This document shows, piece after piece, positions 30,099 through 37,954 of a stretch of DNA of 64,000 bases. Under the pieces are notes generated by a model. It did not search any database and was not told the origin of the DNA. It saw nothing but the letters and a program-made list of their open reading frames with translations. This DNA comes from Candidatus Cloacimonadales bacterium (GTDB lineage Bacteria > Cloacimonadota > Cloacimonadia > Cloacimonadales > DAONDQ01): the NCBI GenBank assembly GCA_963662275.1, contig OY759316.1, positions 1,856,001 through 1,920,000 on the forward strand, written 5' to 3'. Numbering within the stretch: position 1 is the stretch's first letter; each line of letters opens with the position of its first letter. A program made the translations under genes and the position numbers.

Positions 30099-33000
30099 CT
30101 ACAATTTAATGCTATTGCCGTCATTGATTGCGTCAAGATAAGCTTTCTTGACCGCTTCGATATACTGATTCAACTCTTCTATATTATTGATATCTGTCTT
30201 GTGATATGCTATTGGAATATCAATTCTATCGATTCTTTTACTTTTTTCCTTTACCACATCATTAATAGGTTCTTTGGAACCCTTTAATTGTATCAAGATT
30301 AGAGGATAATCAACTTCTTCAAACCTACGGATCAAATCCTTGATTACGGCTATTATTGTTGCAGATGAGATGCTGGTTTGTACGGATAGGATGGTGCTAT
30401 CAATAGAGGCTTTAATCTCATCAGATGCTACTTGAAATTGCTCAGACGTTGTTATCTCTTCTGACCTGTGAGTTAAAGCATTCAAAGCTTTATTCTTTTC
30501 CGTTTCAACTATCCTGCTGAGTTTATCCTGCAAAATATCAAGCAGTGGTTTCAACTGCTGCATCCGATTACCTTTGTAGCACTCAGAATCTGTGAAACCA
30601 CTCTTGAGTCGATTAATGTCGTCATGATTCAAGTAGGCAAGATTTGACTCCTGCTCACTCAGGAACATTCTGATTGAATCATAAATGCTCTTTTGATTGC
30701 CGGACATGAAGGCTAATATCGGGTCAATGATCTCTGCCTTGATTTGCACAAACTCATCATCATGTTTAACGAAATCAGAATAAAACCAATTGTAGGGTTT
30801 ACCTTTGGCTTCTTTGAATCTCTCTGTAATGGGAGCTAAGTCTTGCGTAAAAGAATAGATTGCTTTCTGCTGAATTAGCTTCTCCAGCTTTTCTGTATGC
30901 TGTGCAAGTGTCTCACCTGTTTCTTTGGCAAGAGCCTTGACATCATTACCGGATGGAGGAGCGTCAAAGAGATTATTGTATAGGTCTTTTAATCTGCGTA
31001 CCTGAGAAGGAGTATATTCCTGCTGAGGTTGCAGAATCATACTTGAATGTTTGGCAGTGTTCTTGAGAGCTTTATCGAGCAAGCTGTTTTCTAAAAGCAC
31101 TCCATCGGCATAGACTTCCACTTTGCCGTTTGAGTAAAGCTTGGCAATCTGGCACAAAATAGCATAGAAACCCCATCCATAGGGCTTGTGACTAAACTTA
31201 TCCATTACATCATTCAAAGTGGTGCGTTTGGCGATTCGGCTATTTGCTGTGATGTGAGAAAAAACTTCCTGCTCAGCTTCAGTTAATTGAGCTGCATAAT
31301 CTGCCGTTATTTGACTGGTATCCAGATACCTAATGATATCTTGTTCAGAATATGATACTCCCTTAAGCATCCTTAAATTGGGATATACTTTGCTGACTAC
31401 TGTTTGAAACCCTTGCACAATACGGGTATTGGCATCCTTAACATCGATATCAAGTGCATCTCCACCTGCATAGAGCTTTGCTTCTATAATCAGCTCTGTT
31501 AATCTGGTTTTGATAATCAGTGCTCTATCTTTATTCTGGTGCTGTTTCTCAGATAGAATCTTCCGGGTGGATTCGTTTTGCATCGATGAATAGGTTTGTT
31601 GGAAGCATTTCTCGGTTTTGATATACATTCCCAAGTCATCCCAAAATCTCTTATCAGCAGGTATGACTACAGTGAGTTCAGGTTTTCCCAATGAATGAGC
31701 TATTAGCTGCTTATCATTTTCCAAGTCATAGAACTCATAAGACGGAGTAACAACATGAATAGTAATTTCGTGTTCTTTCCCAGATTGCTTATAGTCAATC
31801 CTCCGGGTAAACTGGAAATCCTGCTTGTTCTCTTCATAGCGGATTTTAAGAGATTTCACAATCTGTCCACTCGAGAAAAGCACTTTATCAAGCTCATCAA
31901 ACAAAGCCATGTTATCAATCTGAGTATTCTTTATCTCCTGTTCCACGTTCTTTTCTTCATTGGTCAAAAACTCATATAGCTCTCCATTCCTTTGAATGTA
32001 GGTTTGAGTTTCCAAGAGGATCAGTGCTTCATCTATCTGCTTTCTCAGCTCATTGATATCAGTTTCAAAGCTATCCAGAAGCAAGATACTTACATTGCGG
32101 ACTGTAGCTTTAAAATCTTTAACATACTTAAGCATGAAGAGGATTTTAAGAACTCGAGTGGCAAATACGTTTCCGAGGTTATTCTCGGCATTAATGATGG
32201 CACCCTGAATCTGGCTTTTAATTGAAGATCGTATTCCATCGAACATCAAATCGAAGGTGGCGACATTACCTATTTCTGATTGCACGATAGATTTAACCAC
32301 GTGTTGGAATACACCCAGCATAGAGCGTTCACCAACCGAACTATGGGTTCCTTCAAATGCTTGGTTCAAGGATAGCGATTTGATAGCTTTTTGAAACAAG
32401 GAAAACTGATAGGGGATAAAGGGATAGCAATAGATAAAATCTTCTTTATTATTGAAATTCCTAAAGGTCTGGGCTCCATCCACAAAATGAAACATGGTCT
32501 TAAAATTATTCACGTGCAAATGATAAAGCTCTGACAGCAGATCAATGGATTCATCCTTTTTCTGCAATAGTCTTTTTTGAATCACCTCTCCCACATTGGC
32601 ACTGGTAAGGCTCAGACGAGTAGCAAACCGGGCTTGTATTTTGGAGAAATCATTGCCCTGATGCTTATTGAGTTCACCGAGAACAGCATCTAAATCTTCC
32701 TGTGAAGTGACAACCACCCAAGCTCGCCCTTTGCATATCGTTGCCAGGCTTTCCGCTATAGTTTGGAGGTTCAGCATCAGCTTGGTATTTTCTGCGATGT
32801 ATTGCCCGACCTCATCCACAAAGAAATTCAGCCTAAAGTCTTTATCCTGAGTTTTAATGTAATCAAAGACCTGGATGGCAAAGTCTTCAATCGACACTCT
32901 ATAATCTTCTCTATATTTATCCAGAATGTTTTTTAAGTTGTTTGCCTCACTACCTGTCACTTTAGTAAAAGCCAACGAGATGTTATGGGATTCAAAGATA

Positions 33001-33584
33001 GATTCTTCTCTGCCAATCGACCAGTCTTTACCTGAGATGGTTTTATAAGTATCTTGAAATGATTGGTATATACCTTTTTTATCGAGATCTCTTTCAAACT
33101 TGGCAATATAGCCTTGCTTGCCATAATATCCGCAGAATTCATCAAACACCTTAATAAAGACCGATAACAAAGCATCAGTCTGAGTTTTAGCTACGATATC
33201 TGCTTTCTGGTCGATGTTAAAGAGAATACTCTTAGATGGTATAGCAACCGCTTTTTTAAGATCGGCACATAATATCACATCACCTTTGCACTTATCAGTA
33301 AAAGTAGTCAATATCGAGAAATCATCTTCAGTCCAGTTTTGTAACAATAAAGACAGCATTTTTAGAAGGTGGGATTTACCTGAACCAAAGAAACCAGATA
33401 TCCATACACCATTGGATGCTTCTTTACTCAGATAAGCATCTAAAAATGACCCAAGTTTAGTGCTTACTTCATCAGTAACTACATATTCTTCTACTTCTCG
33501 TTTCAGATTGCTGTTATCATCGGCTTTGATAACACCTTCAATGGGACGGTCTACTGCTTTGAGGAAAATATCATTAATCTTCAT
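30099..33584 (-). CDS. brxC: BREX P-loop ATPase BrxC
   Basis: RPIEGVIKAD, EEYVVT, GVWISGFFGSGKSH, FFVDEVGQYI, YPFIPYQF, GERSML. Confidence 0.93.
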   Translation of the reverse strand: MKINDIFLKAVDRPIEGVIKADDNSNLKREVEEYVVTDEVSTKLGSFLDAYLSKEASNGVWISGFFGSGKSHLLKMLSLLLQNWTEDDFSILTTFTDKCKGDVILCADLKKAVAIPSKSILFNIDQKADIVAKTQTDALLSVFIKVFDEFCGYYGKQGYIAKFERDLDKKGIYQSFQDTYKTISGKDWSIGREESIFESHNISLAFTKVTGSEANNLKNILDKYREDYRVSIEDFAIQVFDYIKTQDKDFRLNFFVDEVGQYIAENTKLMLNLQTIAESLATICKGRAWVVVTSQEDLDAVLGELNKHQGNDFSKIQARFATRLSLTSANVGEVIQKRLLQKKDESIDLLSELYHLHVNNFKTMFHFVDGAQTFRNFNNKEDFIYCYPFIPYQFSLFQKAIKSLSLNQAFEGTHSSVGERSMLGVFQHVVKSIVQSEIGNVATFDLMFDGIRSSIKSQIQGAIINAENNLGNVFATRVLKILFMLKYVKDFKATVRNVSILLLDSFETDINELRKQIDEALILLETQTYIQRNGELYEFLTNEEKNVEQEIKNTQIDNMALFDELDKVLFSSGQIVKSLKIRYEENKQDFQFTRRIDYKQSGKEHEITIHVVTPSYEFYDLENDKQLIAHSLGKPELTVVIPADKRFWDDLGMYIKTEKCFQQTYSSMQNESTRKILSEKQHQNKDRALIIKTRLTELIIEAKLYAGGDALDIDVKDANTRIVQGFQTVVSKVYPNLRMLKGVSYSEQDIIRYLDTSQITADYAAQLTEAEQEVFSHITANSRIAKRTTLNDVMDKFSHKPYGWGFYAILCQIAKLYSNGKVEVYADGVLLENSLLDKALKNTAKHSSMILQPQQEYTPSQVRRLKDLYNNLFDAPPSGNDVKALAKETGETLAQHTEKLEKLIQQKAIYSFTQDLAPITERFKEAKGKPYNWFYSDFVKHDDEFVQIKAEIIDPILAFMSGNQKSIYDSIRMFLSEQESNLAYLNHDDINRLKSGFTDSECYKGNRMQQLKPLLDILQDKLSRIVETEKNKALNALTHRSEEITTSEQFQVASDEIKASIDSTILSVQTSISSATIIAVIKDLIRRFEEVDYPLILIQLKGSKEPINDVVKEKSKRIDRIDIPIAYHKTDINNIEELNQYIEAVKKAYLDAINDGNSIKL

Positions 33585-33599
33585 TTATGCCCTCTTTAA

Positions 33600-34208
33600 T
33601 CAGATTTGGCAGTGATAGATATTAAAGGCTCGATAATATTTATCGTCTAATTTACTGAACAGTTTCAGAGTTGAACCACTTAGATTATTGGCATTATACT
33701 CACCGGGAAAGAAGAAAACTGTTGGTTTATCCTTTGCGACTTTTTGCAGATTATTCAGGATGTTGTGAGATCGGATATAAGGGAATACTTCTCCTATACC
33801 TGTGATAAACATGATCTGGAATTCTCCGGTAAGCATCTTTTCTGCAATAGCCGGAATAAGGTATTTCTCAGTAGCTAATACGCTTTCAAAGTGCTCAAAC
33901 AAGGTTTCCTTCGGGAAAGTTGCTTCTGACTCAATGATTTTCTCTAACAGACCCCTTTTTGCTAAGAGTTCTAAGGTTAATCTGTATAAATTGATTTCGA
34001 GTATAGTAATCGTCTGCTGACCAAGCTGGGTTATCAGTTGTCCTATTGCCCGATACATTTCGTGGGTTTCTTCCACTTTAAAAGGGCAAATAAAGAAGGG
34101 GACTTCGTTACCCAAACCTTCCTTATTGAGGAATCTGGAACTGCTCATCAATTTGAGCAAGTGGTCAAACCTATCTCGCATTTTTGATGTTTCTAATGTG
34201 TTTTGCAT
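33600..34208 (-). CDS. brxB: BREX protein BrxB (DUF1788)
   Basis: GLGNEVPFFI, GIGEVFPYIRSH, FFPGEY, YYRAFNI; position between brxA and brxC. Confidence 0.9.
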   Translation of the reverse strand: MQNTLETSKMRDRFDHLLKLMSSSRFLNKEGLGNEVPFFICPFKVEETHEMYRAIGQLITQLGQQTITILEINLYRLTLELLAKRGLLEKIIESEATFPKETLFEHFESVLATEKYLIPAIAEKMLTGEFQIMFITGIGEVFPYIRSHNILNNLQKVAKDKPTVFFFPGEYNANNLSGSTLKLFSKLDDKYYRAFNIYHCQI

Positions 34209-34217
34209 AACTAATGT

Positions 34218-34808
34218 TTATCTTTGTTGGGGGTATATAGTTAGTGGTACAGCACTATCAGCGTTTAAAATCTGCTGAACATGCTGAGCTACCATAATGG
34301 GTTTAATTGTGTTCTCAATTGTTAATATACCGGCATCTCTGAGCATTTTAAATAAGTTCTTGGTAAGCTTGTTCTTGGATTGTGATGAGATAGTATTGAG
34401 TTCATCATGCTGGATTGCTTTATTATTGTAGAATATGTTAAAATCGGCATCGCTCAGTTCATTGTCATAATTTGACATCTTATACCCGATTACATCTATG
34501 GCAAAATCTCTTATAAAGTGGTATTTCTTACATATAGCATACCAGATGACCTGAACCTGCTCATCTCTGTTTCCATTGGCAATCATAGAAAGGGCTTCAT
34601 CACTTATCAGTTTAATCCTGGTATAGGTTTCTGAATAGATTCTTCTCTGAGCAGCAAGTGTTCTGATTTGAAGTAAATTGTGCTCAAGCACCTGTTTTCT
34701 CACAGCATCCCAATCTTTCGTTTCAATATAGAGTTTAGCTAATAATACTGAATCCCGATAGAGAAGTGCTCCCGCAGTAAATCCTAAATTATACTTTGGT
34801 TCAGTCAT
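34218..34808 (-). CDS. brxA: BREX protein BrxA (DUF1819)
   Basis: Likely start MTEPKYNLGFTAGALL at 34808; NLLQIRT and KMLRDAGIL motifs; operon position. Confidence 0.85.
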   Translation of the reverse strand: MTEPKYNLGFTAGALLYRDSVLLAKLYIETKDWDAVRKQVLEHNLLQIRTLAAQRRIYSETYTRIKLISDEALSMIANGNRDEQVQVIWYAICKKYHFIRDFAIDVIGYKMSNYDNELSDADFNIFYNNKAIQHDELNTISSQSKNKLTKNLFKMLRDAGILTIENTIKPIMVAQHVQQILNADSAVPLTIYPQQR

Positions 34809-35001
34809 TGGTTGAACCCTCTGAACCATCCTTTATAGAATGGGCTTTAACCCATTGATCAATATCCTCTTTCTTGAACTTCCACAGTCTGCCAATCTTG
34901 TGAGCGGGAAGCTTCTTTTCACTGAGCCATTTATAGACTGTGTCTCTTGTCACTCCAAGGTATTGACTAATTTCTTCAACGGATAACCACCTGTCTTCCA
35001 T
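34801..35001 (-). CDS. Excisionase-family HTH DNA-binding protein
   Basis: MEDRWLSVEEISQYLGVTRDTVYKWL...LPAHKIGRLWKF; GGGAG RBS; overlaps the brxA start. Confidence 0.88.
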   Translation of the reverse strand: MEDRWLSVEEISQYLGVTRDTVYKWLSEKKLPAHKIGRLWKFKKEDIDQWVKAHSIKDGSEGSTND

Positions 35002-35089
35002 TTGGTGCTCCCTTCTTATAAATCGATGGGTATCTTGAATTCTGATGTAAATCAGATACTAATAAACAAGGACAAAACAGAATAAAAGC

Positions 35090-35117
35090 ACTGTATTCAA
35101 GTAGTGTTTTATGTCAA
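35090..35117 (-). promoter_or_regulatory. Candidate sigma70 promoter of the BREX operon
   Basis: Minus-strand TTGACA (35117-35112), 16-bp spacer, TACAGT (35095-35090). Confidence 0.4.
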
Positions 35118-35446
35118 AGAATTTCTCTTTTTCGGTACAAGTCTATGTCCTTCAATATGGTTCAAATTGTTTAGATTCTCTCAGAACCCCTTTTGGGACA
35201 TTGATACAGATATACGAGATTTCAAATTGATGTTTTTTGTAGTCTACCGATCACTTCTGTTATGTGATGTATCGCTTCATTATTCTCAGATTACTTAGAA
35301 CTATGGATTATTCAAATTACCAATAAACTCGTCTCACCAAGGGCAACCATTTAATACAGCTAAAATCATCTTTGAAAAACACAGACGAGTAAATCTCAGT
35401 TTGCTATCCAATTGCCATCAGAGAAGTTATGAAATCACAAAAAGCC

Positions 35447-35610
35447 ATTTGCAGTTTTCGTGTCCCAATATGAAATTTTGGTGTCCTTATTTGAAATTTT
35501 CGTGTCCCTTTTTGCAGTTCTTATGTCACTTTCTAAAGCCAGATGAATGCCGATTTGATGCGATATGAAATTTTCGTGTCCTTATTTGAAATTCTAAGTG
35601 TCCCTTTATT
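35447..35610 (-). repeat. Right transposon end: array of GTGTCC-core putative transposase-binding sites and terminal inverted repeat
   Basis: GTGTCC at 35460, 35481, 35502 (21-bp period), a degenerate copy at 35523, then 35576 and 35598; several are followed by TATTTGAAATT-like sequence. Confidence 0.85.
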
Positions 35611-35645
35611 CCTGTCCAGGTTCTAGCTGCATTTTATCTTTCTAT

Positions 35646-35674
35646 TTGACAAAATACATAACGATACATACATT
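35646..35674 (+). promoter_or_regulatory. Candidate sigma70 promoter
   Basis: TTGACA, 17-bp spacer, TACATT, 60 bp upstream of the ATG at 35734. Confidence 0.4.
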
Positions 35675-35733
35675 GCACATATGTGTAAAACAAGACTATA
35701 AATCTATACTGAATAATAATGTAAGGAGAAGTT

Positions 35734-36504
35734 ATGCGACATGTTATCATTCAGAAAATGAAAGAAGAACTCATGAAGTATGAGGAAGTTTTATCTTTTT
35801 TCGAAGCTGGTTCAGCAGCATTTCAGAGAAATGATGAGTATTCTGATATTGATATGGGAATCATCGTAAAGGATGATTTTCTTGAACAAGCAATCAATAT
35901 TGTCGAAAGCACGATCAGTGCAATTTCACCACTCGAGCAAAAATATGTTATTCCACAACCAACTTGGCATGGTCATTGGCAGGCATTCTACCACCTTAAG
36001 GATACCAGTCCATATCTGTTGCTGGATGTCGTTATTCTCAAAGAATCCACACCTGATACCTTAGCAGAAGTAGAAGTACATGGTAATCCCATCGTATATT
36101 TTGATAAAACAGGAGTTGTTGGAACTGAACATATTGATTATGCTCAATTAAGGGATGGTATTCTGAAAAGAATTGATAGTATCAAATTCATTAGTGGGAT
36201 GCTATCCAATTTTGTTGAAAAAGAAATCAAACGCAGCAGACTGATTGATGCCATAGATTTTTACAACAACATGTTTCTTCGCTCTCTTGTGACTTTGCTC
36301 CGTATCAAGTATGATCCGACTCGTTTTTCATGGGGGAATCGCTATCTGACTCATGTGCTGCCCGAAGATATTTATAACGAGATTCAAGACTTATTTTTCA
36401 TTCAGGATGCAAAAGACTTAGATAATAAACAAAAAATTGTTATGTTAAAAATTCATTCAATGCTTAAGGAAGATTTGCTAGTAAATGTCCCGATGGTCTC
36501 ATAA
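35734..36504 (+). CDS. Nucleotidyltransferase-domain protein (Pol-beta superfamily)
   Basis: GSAAFQRNDEYSDIDM (GS...DxD) motif; AAGGAG RBS. Confidence 0.75.
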   Translation: MRHVIIQKMKEELMKYEEVLSFFEAGSAAFQRNDEYSDIDMGIIVKDDFLEQAINIVESTISAISPLEQKYVIPQPTWHGHWQAFYHLKDTSPYLLLDVVILKESTPDTLAEVEVHGNPIVYFDKTGVVGTEHIDYAQLRDGILKRIDSIKFISGMLSNFVEKEIKRSRLIDAIDFYNNMFLRSLVTLLRIKYDPTRFSWGNRYLTHVLPEDIYNEIQDLFFIQDAKDLDNKQKIVMLKIHSMLKEDLLVNVPMVS

Positions 36505-36566
36505 AATATCAATAAAAGAGGTATTAAACAAAAAGTAAGCATAAAAGAAGGAAAAACTAAAAAAGT

Positions 36567-36610
36567 CTAGATGATCCCTAGATGATGCCTAGATGATCCC
36601 TAGATGATGC
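36567..36610 (+). repeat. Tandem 11-bp repeat CTAGATGAT(C/G)C x4
   Basis: Read directly; related array at 56365-56408. Confidence 0.9.
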
Positions 36611-36840
36611 TTACGTAATAGTATAACAGACTTCTTTGTGAATATGTAGGGATAGACCTGTGTGTCTATCCGTGTGTCTATCCAAATTAATATATTCAAA
36701 TGTGTTTATAGACCTATGCGTTTATTGAAAATTCTCCTGTGTCGATTGAAATAGATGATTTTATGAATTCATAATTTGACAGAGATCTATCAGTATTCTA
36801 TGTTTCTCTTTTCAAAATAACATAAATCGGAGCAATTATC

Positions 36841-37803
36841 ATGAGCTCTTATACTAAGGAAACCATGCTGAATGCCTTGGAGCATTTCAAGGATGCAAAT
36901 GCTGAATTTATTTTGCGAGCTCTTTTTTCTGAAGATGAGAGCATTATCTGTATTGCTGCAAAGATTTGTGGATTAAAAAGAATCTACTCTTCTATTCCCA
37001 GATTAAAACAACTGAGTGTAAATGAATCATACGATTCAGAATTGAAAGACCAGGCTGCCTGGTCTTTAGCGCAGATGGAGGAGAAAGATATTTCGGTTGA
37101 TAGCAGGGAATCTCTTCATCTAGAATTGAAATCAATTACTATGAACAATAGAAGATTTACTTCCTCCACGATAAATCAGCTAATGCAATTTATAAAAGAT
37201 ATGACTGTTTCTATCGATCCGGCGCATGGAGCCTGGCATGCAAAACGGGTTTGGGAAACAGCTTTATGGCTTTCTGATGCAATGGATGTTGATTTAATTG
37301 TTGTGCAGCTTGCTTCATTACTTCATGACACTTGCGATTGGAAGTATCCCGAAGCAGAAAAAAAACAAATGGTTGTACGAAATTATCTGACTGCTTTCCC
37401 TATATCTGAATTACAGATCAATCATATCATGGATATTATCGGGAATATGTCATATAAAAAAAATAAAGGTGTTCTTTATACAAAATCCCTCGAAGGTCAG
37501 ATTGTACAGGATGCTGACCGTTTGGAAGCCATTGGTGCTACAGGTGTGATTCGTGCCATGATGTATTCCGGTTCGAAAGGGAATGCGATAACTGCGTTTC
37601 GAGGCAATCATCTTGAAGATTTGATGAATTGTCGTAATGATAGCATCACGATGCATCATTTCTATGAAAAACTATTACTTCTCAAAGAAGGAATGAATAC
37701 TGAAAAAGCAAAAATTGAAGCGCTACGAAGACATGAATTTATGCTGCAATTTATTGATGAGTTTTATGGGGAAATAGAGAGAACGGAAGAGACAAGGGAC
37801 TAG
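36841..37803 (+). CDS. HD-domain phosphohydrolase with N-terminal HEAT-like extension
   Basis: HGAWHAKRV, LLHD, QDADRLEAIGA, HHFYEKLL. Confidence 0.8.
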   Translation: MSSYTKETMLNALEHFKDANAEFILRALFSEDESIICIAAKICGLKRIYSSIPRLKQLSVNESYDSELKDQAAWSLAQMEEKDISVDSRESLHLELKSITMNNRRFTSSTINQLMQFIKDMTVSIDPAHGAWHAKRVWETALWLSDAMDVDLIVVQLASLLHDTCDWKYPEAEKKQMVVRNYLTAFPISELQINHIMDIIGNMSYKKNKGVLYTKSLEGQIVQDADRLEAIGATGVIRAMMYSGSKGNAITAFRGNHLEDLMNCRNDSITMHHFYEKLLLLKEGMNTEKAKIEALRRHEFMLQFIDEFYGEIERTEETRD

Positions 37804-37954
37804 GGACTTGAGACAAGCAGCAGGTAAATACATGTCAATTTTTCAATAGTATTTCATAGGATTACACCCTAAAGTAGGTGTTTCCAATAAACAATTCTTG
37901 ACAGACATTGACCAATAATAAATGATTAATACAATATATAGGTGAGGAGCAAAT

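Larger units (their letters stand above)
3443..35610. mobile_element. Mu/Tn7-superfamily DDE transposon (32,168 bp) carrying defence cargo
   Basis: Terminal inverted repeats identical at 30/35 positions; CCTGT direct repeat at 3438-3442 and 35611-35615; transposase and AAA+ ATPase genes near the left end. Confidence 0.85.

Noticed and set aside
3443..35610. CRISPR-associated transposon or classical Tn7
   Set aside because: No cas, tnsA or tniQ/tnsD genes and no array were recognised within the ends.
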